DNA of 63,103 nt, filler included. It is 13 parts of 13 records of this genome, joined end to end, with 100 filler letters (N's around TTAATTAATTAA, not from the genome) between each part and the next. Parts side by side here need not be neighbours in the genome. Positions count along the whole stretch, not along the records: positions 35,731 to 39,270 come from SRR9670534_730; positions 39,371 to 48,927 come from SRR9670534_734; positions 49,028 to 54,284 come from SRR9670534_735; 10 more parts are not named here. One strand, 5' to 3'. This document shows, piece by piece, positions 38,867 to 51,183 of this stretch (within the stretch, counting starts at the first letter, position 1; each line of letters begins with the position of its first letter). The notes under the pieces are model-generated. The model was not told where the DNA came from, did no database searches, and was given only the letters and a program-made list of their open reading frames with translations. The position numbers were made by a program, and so were the translations under genes.

Positions 38867-39654
38867 GGTTCTCAGTACATGTTAATAAGAGCAACCTAAA
38901 GCAATGATAACAAATTATTTATTAATAATATGAATAGACAGCAGGACTTTTTGGCGTAATATATGCTACAGCATACAAGGCTGTCACAAATCATATTTGC
39001 CAATAATTATGTGATGTGAAGTTCATCTAATGAACTGCTATTTTACCCTCACCTACGAACCCTTAATTATGTCAAAATCAATCTTATTAATATTCATTAT
39101 CAAATTGGTAATAATATTCTCCAAAATATGGCAGGATAGATAACCTTGTTACCTAAGTGGTGTTTTGATGTCCACAATTTGACCATTTCAAAGGCAATCA
39201 TTTAATAATAAGACGTCAAATCAATTAGCTATTTTTGCTTGTTATTATTATCATTATTATTATTAATAATNNNNNNNNNNNNNNNNNNNNNNNNNNNNNN
39301 NNNNNNNNNNNNNNTTAATTAATTAANNNNNNNNNNNNNNNNNNNNNNNNNNNNNNNNNNNNNNNNNNNNTTATTATTATTATTATTATTATTTAATTAT
39401 TACTTATCATTAATAATCTACTATTAATTATTAATATTTTGGTAATTATAAAGCTTTATTGAATTGTACTTTTTGCGCAGTAAAATTTTACATTCACTGA
39501 AAGCATCTTTACTATTTCATTGTAGAGTTTTTTTGCTGCATTGGGTACATTGTATTGATACGATACTATTGATTGCCATTAAAAGTGATTGCCATTAATA
39601 AGTTTTGTCAGCGATAAGTTATGTAAGTGTTTATTTAAAATTGACACTTTTTAG

Positions 39655-41196
39655 ATGACTTACCAAAGGAGGATATTTTCGTATCTTTCCACTATTAACA
39701 GGCTTCTAGGGAAATCTCAAATTAGGTGCTAAATTGGTTATTAGATGTATTATTATAATAATCTAGTCGATACTATGTATGTACTATCTACGACAGTTTG
39801 ACATACTGCAATTTGCAAATTTTAGCAATTTTTAAAATATATAGTTACCTACTGTATTTATTCTACATAATGGTAGTGCGAGGTACAATATTATTATTGC
39901 CAAGGATTTTATTCGTCAAATTATCAATCATTGAATGAAATTAAAAAGTACAACATTATTAATAATGTATCATCAATGGTGAACATCCATGTTCAGTACT
40001 ACTGATCTATAAATCTATTAGTTTGATGAAATATTCTTCGAAAGATAACGTAATAGGTAGCCTTTCAATTCTAGATTGACCTATTTATTATACTAATTTG
40101 ACAGGTCTTACACCGAAATTGCTGTAACCAGCCGAACGTTAATTCTGGGTGAGCAAACGCTTCACTTTGAGGACACCCAAGGTACCCTTGATGAACCCGA
40201 CACTATCAAGAACGTTTTTTGTCTTCCTGGTGCCCTTGGATGTGCCCAGACTGATTTTCAGCCACAAGTACAAGGATTACGTCATAAGTTGAGGGTAATA
40301 GCATGGGATCCTCCTGGCTATGGCAAGAGTAATCCACCAGAAAGATCTTTTCCTATGGTATTTGATGATAAAACTAGTCGTTTTAGCGACAGCTTTTTCC
40401 ACCAAGATGCCAAAATGGCTGTTGGCTTGATGAAGGTTTGCTGCATTCTTTGATTAGCATTGTAGTACCAAGTTAGTTAATTTAATTAACTTAATTAGGT
40501 CTTGAATATATCTAAATGCAATTTGTTGGGTTGGAGTGATGGTGGTATCACTGCGCTTTTGATAGGAGCGTTATATCCCGAAAGAATAAGGAAAATTGTT
40601 TTACTATCAGCTCAATCATTCGTTACGAGAGATGATGTTTCATTTTTGAAAAGTAAGCTACTGTCTTTCGTTTAATTTAACTAGTCGAATGATAATCGTA
40701 GAAATTGCAAATTTAAACTCATGGAGTGATAGAATGAGAAAACCATTTGAAGACGTTTATGGCAAAGAAAAATTTGCTAGTTTATGGCAACAGTGGCTAA
40801 ACGCTTACATTCAATTTTACTCCGAGAAAAGAAATACGGATGGTACCATTTGTAGCGATGAGCTTTTGCATAAAATAACAGCTCCAACATTAATTGTACA
40901 AGGTGCAAAAGATCCACTTGTCCCCGCTTATCATGGAGAGCACTTACAAAAGCACATAGCAAATTCAAGGTATATTTATTAATATCACGCACATTGCGGA
41001 ACGTGTTCCATAATTTTTGTTAGCGTTTCATTCAATATAATAGTCTAAAATTATGAAGCTCGACGCTTATTAACCAATTTTCCTCGCCATTAATTTGATT
41101 TTTAGGATACACACCTTTGAAAATGGAAAGCATAATGTACATTTAAGATACCACAATGAGTTTAACGAGTTGGTACTTAATTTTTTACTGGAATGA
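39655..41196 (+). CDS. BPHL: Valacyclovir hydrolase / biphenyl hydrolase-like alpha/beta hydrolase, complete
   Basis: Mitochondrial-type N-terminus MTYQRRIFSYLSTINRLL; LPGALGCAQTDF; AWDPPGYGKS; LLGWSDGG nucleophile elbow; WSDRMRKP; ITAPTLIVQGAKDPLVP; GKHNVHLRY. Confidence 0.95.
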
Positions 41197-43404
41197 TGTT
41201 ATTAAGTTATTTTGTCGGTACATGTTGCTAATAAGTTACACGTTCAAGATCACTTTTGTAATGTTTTTTCTCTCAACATTTTATTGGGCAACTATATACG
41301 TAATACACCTTGTAAGGAAAAAAACCAAAAATCATATAATAACTAGAAAAAAATGTGATGTAGACATAAACTGTATGTGCTATCTACATCTGTAATATGT
41401 ATTAATTACTTCGTAATAAAGGATTATAGCCAAAACTTCAAATGTGGTGTTTTTAATATTTTTTATACTTTTTCACTTATGCAATACACACTACGTAATA
41501 ATAAGATTTAGTGAATAATGTGTGGTATGACGTCACAACAAAAATGTTGTGTATGTAATACATAGTGTAATACGTAATTCGTAATAGCATTACGGTAATA
41601 CGTACAGCTGTAAATCTAAGAAAGCGGGTGTAAATGTGTTGTGTATACCTAAATCTGTATAGACCAATACGGATCGATGTTGTACAAACTGTAAATCCTT
41701 GTAGCAATAGCAATGTACCTATACATAGATCCATGACAATATTCTGTACATCATGTTGTATAAGTCAGTCAAATCATCTTGGCACAATAATACGTGACAC
41801 AATCAAAAAATCAAAAGTGACAAAAAATAGTAACTATGAATAATGACAGGTTATAACAAATGTGTATAATCTATATGCATATGTATGATAGGATTGTGAG
41901 CGATCATATCAATAGATTGATGACAAGTTGTCGCTGGCTGACAACCGATTATTACGTAGTAAGGGTAACTACCGTGCAAATGATATTGTAGATTAAATAT
42001 GCCAATACATGTAAATCATCAAAAAAAAAGAAAAAAGGTAAAGTAGCCACATCTTCAACACCGTATACGCTTATAAGCTGTAGTATGATATTAATGAATG
42101 AAACTGTAAATTCTGAAAGCTAATCAGCACCGTATCTGCTGCCATTTTGACAACAGATTTTAAAAGACAGTTCGTGCTTTGCTTTGGACACACAAGGCTG
42201 GTGGGCTGTAAGAGAGCATACCGTTACAGTACATAGCATGTACAGACTGTAGTACAGTACTGTACAGCACACATAAAGGAATCAGAAAAATACAAAGGAA
42301 CTGATGTCAAAAAACACATTCTTATGTAGCAGTGTTACCAAAGGGCAAAAGTTGTGTATATATTAACTTTTGTAAATTATGAATGATATGCCTCAAAAAA
42401 TAAAAAGTAACAACAAATCTGTAGACTACTATGTATTTGGATCCTATGTTTTGTACAGGATGTGGAATTAGTTAATTCTGTGTGATAAATTATCACTGAT
42501 AATATTCCATCATGGTATCAGAGTTGTATGTGTGCAGTAAACAAAATCAAATCAAACATAAAGAATTATATAATAATCCCAAATATAGATGTTATTATTA
42601 TAAATAATGATAATACTTATTAAATGTAAATATTATTATTAATAATGATGTATATGTAGATAATTATAAAACAAAAAAGAGAAGAAATGATGGTAAGCAC
42701 CAGAAAACAATTTTTTTGTATTTTTTGGTCAAATAAAGACGCGGGCAAATTGTAAATATGTAGAATTTGTAAAAGAATGCGAAATCAATATAGATGTACA
42801 TATATATAGAATATATGTTTATGTAAACAAGTGTTTTTTTGAACAGTTTCCTGACTATAATAATACAAGTACAAAGAACCATGGTTGTAACTTGTATTGC
42901 AATAATGATGTTGTGAAGATGGAAGATGCTCAAAAACCACTCATCAAGAATATGAACGAAAATATAACAATGCAGCATAGCAAAATAATGGAGATACTAT
43001 TGTTATGAAAATTCTGGTTAACGTAATGAAATTCTTTGAAAATTTGGGCAAGTAATCAAAGTTAATCAACGCAAATTAAATTTGTAAGGTATTCGCTAAT
43101 GCGCACGCACAATCGAATGTAATGTTAGCAAAGAATTTCATCAGCAAAAAAAAAGATAATGCCATTATAGAAAGAATAACATTGAGTAGAGTTGTAAGGC
43201 CACTTCATCCAAATTCTTTAAATAACAGCATTACAAATGGTTGGTAATATGATTAAATAATGTAGTAACAACGAAATAGTCAATTATGAATGCAATCGCG
43301 CTAAATATAAGCAGCAAAAATCGAAAAAAAAAAGAATATATGTATTATAAAATTTCAAAAAGTAATCAATTTTGTGTATGTACGTATGTAATTATGTAAA
43401 AGCG

Positions 43405-43577
43405 TATAGTGGCAGCTATAAAGTTGTTATAAAAAGCAATATTCGGCCGATAATTTATTTAGTTAACGCAAACAACTAGTTTAACTAGTAGTAAGTAATA
43501 CTTAGCACAAGGAATGTACCTAACTATAGTTTCATAATTATACAACTAAAATAACAACTGTTATAGCTGCCACTATA
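43405..43577. mobile_element. 173-bp MITE-like element with ~26-bp terminal inverted repeats, TA-flanked
   Basis: tatagtggcagctataa-agttgttat (43405-43430) vs ataacaactgttatagctgccactata (43551-43577). Confidence 0.65.
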
Positions 43578-44275
43578 GAATTTACTAAGTTTTAATATTG
43601 ATTTCAACGAATAGCGCTTGACAAAAGCACGTAAGATTATTATGTAGGACTGAACTCTTCGAATATGATAGTTGAGGCTATCCATTCAGTAAACGAGTAA
43701 TAATAAAGAACAATCAATCAATGAATCACAAACAGGCATTATGGTACTATCATATACTATACTGTAATAACGTTTCAAAACGACGTTAATAAGAAGAATC
43801 AGTCACGGTTACCCATTATGTGTATGTAATATGTAAGATTTAAAACTCGGAAGAAACATGTATACGCAATTACGCATGTACATAATGTATGCAAATACAT
43901 ACGTAATATCGTTACATGAGCATACATACTAGTATTCTGTATGTATTCACTCACACGGGCATTTAATACGTAATGATAGCATACGGTATGCTGCATACCG
44001 ACATACAGGTAAGTAAGTTTTGCAATGCACTATGGAAAATTGATGGAATACGTACGTGACGGTCAGGTCTTGACCAGTGGCATGTATTCCTTTAAGCAAC
44101 AATAATGTTACGTAATAAAGTATATGACTATAGAGGATAAATAAATATCCAACGTATGTATAAAGAGAAAATTGTTACAAAAAATGACGATCATATAATA
44201 GTACGTATATGAAGGTGTTTGTGTTATCAAAGAACTACGAACATGTATAGTTATGTATTAAGCTCTGCGTTCTTG

Positions 44276-47200
44276 TTACGAATTAAGGTACAGAGTGTTT
44301 AAAACCAAAACATGATGATTATTTTTTGCTAACGTTATTACGTAGCCTTTTACGGTAATCTTCAATCCACAGCATCTAGATACTTTGACATGTGGGCATT
44401 CAAATTCACCCAAAAACTGTCCATCCCTGCTGAATACGGAGATATGAAATCTGTTTCCATGGCTATCACCAACCAAAACATCACCATGGTCACTGATGTC
44501 AATTCCATTAGGAAAATTAGTGATTGTTTCACAGCCAATTTTTCGCGAATATTTTCCTTGTTCATCAAAAACAACCACACAATGGCCCTAAAATTAATAA
44601 GTGCATTACATTAAATTTTAAGTGATTTCAATGCATCGCGGCTAGATGGCGCTTTTTAAAAAATGAGATATCAATACATGCTACAAAACGTCCTTTATTA
44701 ATTAAAAGACTTAATAATGAAGTAATTGAACTATAAATATGATCATTATTAAGAAAACATACTTTTTTAACATCCCTGCCTATGACGTATAATACTAACC
44801 TTGAAATCGCAAATAAAATACTCGTTTCTGTTTATCCCTATGTCCGAGGGCTCTCTCATGTATTCGCTGCAGTCAAACCAAAACAAAAGCTCTCCATTTT
44901 CAGCGATTTTAAATACTGTTGGTGAAACACTGTCAACAGCAACAATGTTACCATCAGATGTAATTGCTAATCCAGCAACGATATCGATGTATCGTATGGC
45001 AATCTTCTTTATAAACTCGCCCTTTCTTGAAAAAATCTGCATTCTTGACCTTTCATTCCCACGATCACAAATGATGTATCGTCCATGTTGTTTGTTTACA
45101 ACAACTTTTCTCGGATACCATAACCTTCCTTCTTCTCTACCTGGGATTCCAAATTGGTCAATAAATTCACCATCTTGTGAAAATATCTGAATCCGGTGAT
45201 TGTTGGTGTCAGCAACAATTAATTCTTCCTCCAAACCAAGACAAAATCCATGTGGTGAATTAAACTGTGATGGACCAGGACCTAAACTTCCAAACTTGCT
45301 TCTGATGTCCATGTTGTGCATGGGCCTATCACGTTGCATTGGCGGATGATTAACTATTTGCTGGTTTGGCATCGTAGGCGAAACATGTACTCTGCCACCA
45401 CCACCACCTCCTGTTATACCAGTGGCTGGCATACTCGTTTGTCTCGTCACAGTCGATGGTACCATAGAAGAAGATATTGCTTGAGTTGCTGCAGTCGGTC
45501 CAAGTCCACCAACTGAACCAAGCCTTGAGGTGTTCATGCTCGGCATATCTAAATATTTCCGTATCATAGACAAAAAGGAGCATTAACCGTACACAGTAAC
45601 TGTTGTCATAGAGGAACAACGCCGTTGGAGTCCAAACTGTTTGGCGTTGTTCCTCTATCATAGACTATGATTCATAGTTCTTCTATCATGAATTTATGAT
45701 TATTATTATTAATAATTACTTATCTTTCAAACGTACAACAGTCATTATAAGTAATTGATCATAAATTCAAAACATAAACAAACCTGAATGTAAACTTCCA
45801 AATGGCATAAACGATGCAGTTGAACCAGGTGGAATATTAGACGGCCCAAAAGAATTTGCTTGCAAATGCGCTGGCAACCCGGTAACATTTTCCACTCCAA
45901 AGGGCATTTTATCACCATTGACATAAACTTCGCCATTGGACGTAATATTGACATTGCCCATCTGAACCAAAGCAGAGTAATGTACAAGATTTGCACTAGC
46001 TCCACTTAACGGCTCTTCAGCCATGGTATGAGAAGAAGGTTCTTTAACCATTACACGACTAGAAGTTGGAATTTGTTCGCCAAAAATCATTTGATCTGCG
46101 TCATGAGTAGAAACGGCTGCTTGAAAGGTAACATCGGTTAATTCAGAAAATCCCGATGAAGATGTTAGCATCAGCTTGCCCTCTTGATTTGCATAGCCAT
46201 TGGATAGCATATCATCACCAATAGAAGTAAAAGTTGACGTTGAATTAGAATCGATGTCATCTCGCATATTTAAAGATCCAAATCTATCAACTTCTTTGCC
46301 AAAGATTTCTGATTCACTTTTATCAACAGTTTTCCACTGGACACCTTCATTCATCTGCAAGTGACCAAAAGATTTCTTCAAAACATCTCTGCACTCAGAA
46401 ATTTCGTTAGGAACAAATGCAATAGCGCTGGGATTGAAGTTTACTCTTGGAATGATCTTAGCTGTTTCATAAAATAACTTTGTCAATTTACCCTGTACAG
46501 CCACAATTTCACCACCAGTGCAAGACTCATTCACAGTTGATGCGTATTTTACAATACGTTCCAGATTTTCACCTAAGGCTTCGGTTTTGGCCATGACTTC
46601 CAAAACTTCAGTTTCCTGTTTCTCCTTCAAGCTATCCAATTCCTTTAATAGGTCATCTCGGCAGTTCTCAAGTAGCGCCTTAAAGGAGTGAAAGTTCTCA
46701 TTGATCATATCCTTACTGTATTGGTGTTGAGTTGCTAGCTCCTCCAATACGGCCTTATACTTCTTGGTGTACGCGAGTACATCATTCATGTTATTGCTTG
46801 TATCTTCGACAAAATTTGACATATCAACCTTTTTGGCAGCTTCCAAACCTTCTGACGGCATTCTTTCAAGTTGACAACTTTGACTGTGACTGCACTCGCC
46901 ACAAAGGGCCACCTGAGGAAAAGAATGAGATCAAATGGATTATATTTGTGCATTACGATAGCCTGGAATTACTCCATTGCAATGGAAACCAAGCTTTGGA
47001 TGACATGATATCACATGCTATCATATTATGTATGATATTATTAAATATCAGTAACCTCAGACTAATTAGCATTGTACGTTAAGTCCAATCACTATAAGTA
47101 GAAACATTAATACAGAAGCATTTCTAACGTCTCGTTGGGTTAATACATAAGAATAAATGAATATAAGCGTAGATGTGTTGACTAACCTTGCATGTTTCAC

Positions 47201-48480
47201 AGTATGAACACAGGATTGATTCACAATGAGTAGAGCAGTAAGATGGTTTACACAATGCCTCTTTGTCCACTTCAGAAAGATCTGTAAATCTGACAACCTA
47301 AATGAAATTGTTCTAGATAGGTACATACTAATACTAACTTAGTACTATGTACTACATAGTACTAAGTTAGTACTACGAAGTACATGGCATGATACAAGAA
47401 CTTATGCTACATAGCAAAATCAGAGAAACTGTTTCTCAGAAACATGATGGGTTGCAGCCTGCCATCTACATTATAAAAAATCTACGTGCGTCGTGGACTG
47501 TACTGATCACTTGTGAATAGGTACATGTTATGTAATAATTTTTTGCTAGTTTAAATAATCCATTTAGGTAATTTTAATTTAATAAAGATGTGAGCATTTC
47601 TACGTAATGATACATTTCTATTCTATGAGCGTTTCCCCATATGTATTGAGTTAACATGCATGATATGTACGTTAATATGGATAATATGCAATAGTACAGT
47701 CTGTGGTCCACAATATATTACCTACAATATATTGGCAGTTTCAAACAAAAACGATGTGGGAAATAGAGTACAGTATGGTACAGCTGTACTAGTACATGTA
47801 AAGGAGTACATGGAATAGAGTACATATGGTAAAGTACATCATGTACTGTACATGTATGAAGCACACCAAAGTGACCTACCTAGGTACCTTACTAAGGTAA
47901 CCTTAGGTAGGTAGTTCTCAATTAAATTAGCTTAATTTAATAAATTAAATTTTCGATAATTACCTACCTTATGCCCTTCAAAACAGCGCATGTACATGTG
48001 AGCATTAATGCATTGCTCACATAGGAAACTTGCACACTCAACACACTTTGCTGCAGCTGGATCGTTAGTTTTACAGCATGTGCAAGAGAAGTCGTTAAGA
48101 GTTTTCTCTTCCCGCTTAGAAGCCAACATTGCATAATCCAACATGAAACATCCGGCTAAATCTTCTCTCACTGACATTTCGTACTTGCAAATAGGACATA
48201 TTAATATACCCATCTGTCTAAAATCGTTCTGTTGCTTCGTTACTTCCTCATCAACTTCGGTGAAAACTTTCTTGCCCAAGAAATATTCCTCTAAGCAACT
48301 CTCATCAAAGGTATGCAAACATGTTAACAAACGTGGACGTTTGCCAAATTCAAGCTTGCATAAAAAGCAGTTTTTATCGGATGCTTCCAAGCATTCCAAA
48401 TTAGCTTCGTTAAAGTCACCAAAAAATCCATCAGAAGCATCATCGGATGTTTCATTGTGGTCAAGCTTTGTTTCAGCCAT
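44276..48480 (-). CDS. mei-P26: TRIM-NHL protein, mei-P26/NHL-2 orthologue (RING, 2 B-boxes, coiled coil, NHL), 5 exons, complete
   Basis: Exons 48480-47968, 47297-47187, 46912-45784, 45548-44800, 44587-44276. NHL segments [84 protein letters not shown] are diagnostic of Mei-P26 rather than Brat. Confidence 0.95.
45608..45658. repeat. Relatively GC-rich intronic hairpin (16-bp perfect stem)
   Basis: atagaggaacaacgcc-N19-ggcgttgttcctctat in mei-P26 intron 3. Confidence 0.9.
47332..47372. repeat. Perfect 41-bp palindrome (20-bp arms, 1-nt spacer)
   Basis: tactaacttagtactatgta-c-tacatagtactaagttagta. Confidence 0.95.
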
Positions 48481-49083
48481 TTTGTTGAATTTATGTTACG
48501 ACCTAAAAGTCCATACAATGTACAGTAACGTATTAAATAGGTACCTATGCAGTGTACGCTACATAGTATGTACGGTACGTACTGTACATGATGTACCTGT
48601 ACAGTGTATAATACACTGTGTATTAATTAAATACCCTGTAGCATAGGACCTGTACAGTGTATTAAGGTACCTATGTAGTGCATTTACCTACTTATGTGAA
48701 ACTGCAGAAATATGTTGATATGCATATGTACCTATTTCATAACAACAATGCCATTACATAAATATTTTTAAATATTTAGATTAACATCAATTTTTATTTT
48801 ACTTTTAATATTTAAATTATTACTAATAAGTTTTGATTCTAATAAAAACAAAGGCAAAAAATAAAAAATGTAAAAAATATTACCATATTTATTCAAATAT
48901 TTTAAATTAGGCCTTGCCAACTTGGCANNNNNNNNNNNNNNNNNNNNNNNNNNNNNNNNNNNNNNNNNNNNTTAATTAATTAANNNNNNNNNNNNNNNNN
49001 NNNNNNNNNNNNNNNNNNNNNNNNNNNTAACTTTTAAAATTTGTAAAATTTTAAATTTGTAAATTTTAAATTTGTTTACTTAC

Positions 49084-50789
49084 TGTAAGATTTTCCATTG
49101 TTTTCTATTGTTTTTGATGACCTTAGGCATCCAGCTCAGGTAGCAGTTACATTCCCATGGATTTCCATCTAATCTTAGCTTTGTCAATTGGTTCCAATCT
49201 GATACCAATTGTTCTGATAACATACCTAAAGAATTATCTCTCAAGTCTAACGTTTGAACACTTCCAATCCCTTCCAAACAATCTTCTGGAATAAACTTTA
49301 AATTTGAACAATTTCTAATGGACAAACTTTTCAAATTTTTCAGGTTTTGAAAAGCACCATTTTCAATTTCCACCAATTTGTCATTGGCATCAAATGACAG
49401 AATCTTCAGAGATCTTGAACTTTCTCCAAAATCTTCTCTGGAAATCCTTTCAAGCCAATTTTGATTTAAATTAATTGAAATTAAATTGTTTAAATTTCCC
49501 AATGGAAAACTTGGTAATTTCAAGAGTTTGTTGTTGGAAAAATTTAAAAACTTTAAAAATTTCAACTTTTTTAAAGCCTCTCCCCTGACAATGTAGAGAT
49601 TATTGTTTGACAAGTCCAGAATTTGCAAAGTTCTGTATGTTATTGGTTCCTTAATTTCTTCAATTTCATTGTTTGAAAGATTTAAATAAGCCAAAAATCT
49701 GGTGGCAAAATGTTCATTTGGAAACTGTGTAAATTTATTTGCTGCCAAATTAACATTATGAAGCACCAAACACTCCCTCAATGGTGCCAGGGTTTCTTCA
49801 GAGAGAAAATTTCTGGACAAATCCAAAGTTGTTAATGATGTTAAATTTGAAAAGTGAAAATTTTGAGTTTTTTCAATTTGATTTTCACTCAAATCAAGTG
49901 TTATCAAGTAATCATGTTGAAGGGAAAAAAGTGATTTTGATGAATCTGGGTCAAAATTACCAAGGCCTAAGTAGTTGCCTTTGAGGTTGAAGATTTCTAT
50001 GCTGTGAAAATTATCCATAAGATCACTTTCTACTTCATGAATTTCATTGTAAGGGAGTTCTAGATCTACCAAATAATCCCATTTTTTGGACAAAGTATGT
50101 TCATCCAAGATTAAAATTTTAAATCCAGTTAAAAAGATATGTGTAACCTAAAAAGTATGTATATATAGAAAATTTTAAAAATTTTATGTTTTTTAACTTT
50201 TTCAAATATTAAAAAAGTTTAAAAAATGAGCTTTTTATTTGATAAAAAATTGCAAAACTTTATTTTAAATACTTTTTCAATTTTCTTAAAGTATGTATAT
50301 GGAGAGTTAGTTAATAATTTTTATATTTTTTTTAACTTCTTCACGTATAAAAAAGCTTAAAAACAGGCTTTTTATTTGATAAAAAATTACAAAAGGTTAT
50401 TTTAAATATTTTTCAATTTTCTAAATTAATTTTTTGATCAGTTTTATTTTGAAAACAGTTAAAAAAGTTAGTTTTATATATAACAAGTTTTTTTTTATAA
50501 AAAAGTAAGATTTTTTTCATAATAGTTCTCAAATTTAATTATGTTTAAATTAAATGCCATTGGATTAATAGCATTTTTATACAATTTTTACCTGCCAATT
50601 ATCTTGGGGCACAGGTGTAAAATCCCAATGTAAATCATTATTATTACATTCCAAAGTATCCAAAACAGGTTCCTGGTTATAATATGTGTAAACATATGAA
50701 CATGTGCATTTGGTGCAAACATCCAAAGCTTTTTGATCACCATAAACAATGCCAGCAAGCAAAACAATGCAAAGAATGTCCACCTTCAT
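49084..50789 (-). CDS. Extracellular leucine-rich repeat protein (signal peptide, LRRNT, about 12 LRRs, LRRCT); 3' end beyond contig
   Basis: MKVDILCIVLLAGIVYG signal; CTKCTC..LECNN LRRNT; repeated LxxLDLSxN; LRLDGNPWECNCYLSW LRRCT. Exons about 50789-50592 and 50147-49084. Confidence 0.92.
50151..50422. repeat. Two diverged ~135-bp tandem units in the LRR intron
   Basis: aaagtatgtatat...gctttttatttgataaaaaatt.caaaa..ttattttaaata.ttttcaattttct occurs twice. Confidence 0.8.
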
Positions 50790-51183
50790 ATTTACCCTTG
50801 ATAAAAGAATGCTGATTACTTGCTTTCTGCCTTTTATCATGTCTCTTCTTTTACCTGAGAATTTTCCTTATCTAAAAGTAATAAGTATAGATAAAACTTT
50901 GTTATTAGATCTTTAAATAGAGGGTTTGCACAACTCATGTTTACCAAACAAACAAGCAAAAGTGACTGGTGATAGCACCTGGTTTAATGAAAATTATCCT
51001 ATATATAATCATTATATAAAAGCTATATAGTGATAATATAGGCAATAAGCAAGCAGGCAGCCTGCTCATTTATATATAATGATTATATATAGAAAGCTGC
51101 TGAGGGCTGCCCATGTAAGGATGTATAGGCAATATATAATGATTATATAGGAGTTAATGATCAATATCAAGTATGTAAATCAG

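Noticed and set aside
40358..40392. GT..AG mini-intron explaining a ~12-aa insertion in BPHL
   Set aside because: Removing 29 or 35 nt shifts the frame, while the retained sequence is open. Treated as a coding insertion.
44276..48480. Calling this gene brat or lin-41/TRIM71
   Set aside because: The NHL sequence carries Mei-P26-specific motifs, a RING is present (unlike Brat) and there is no filamin domain.
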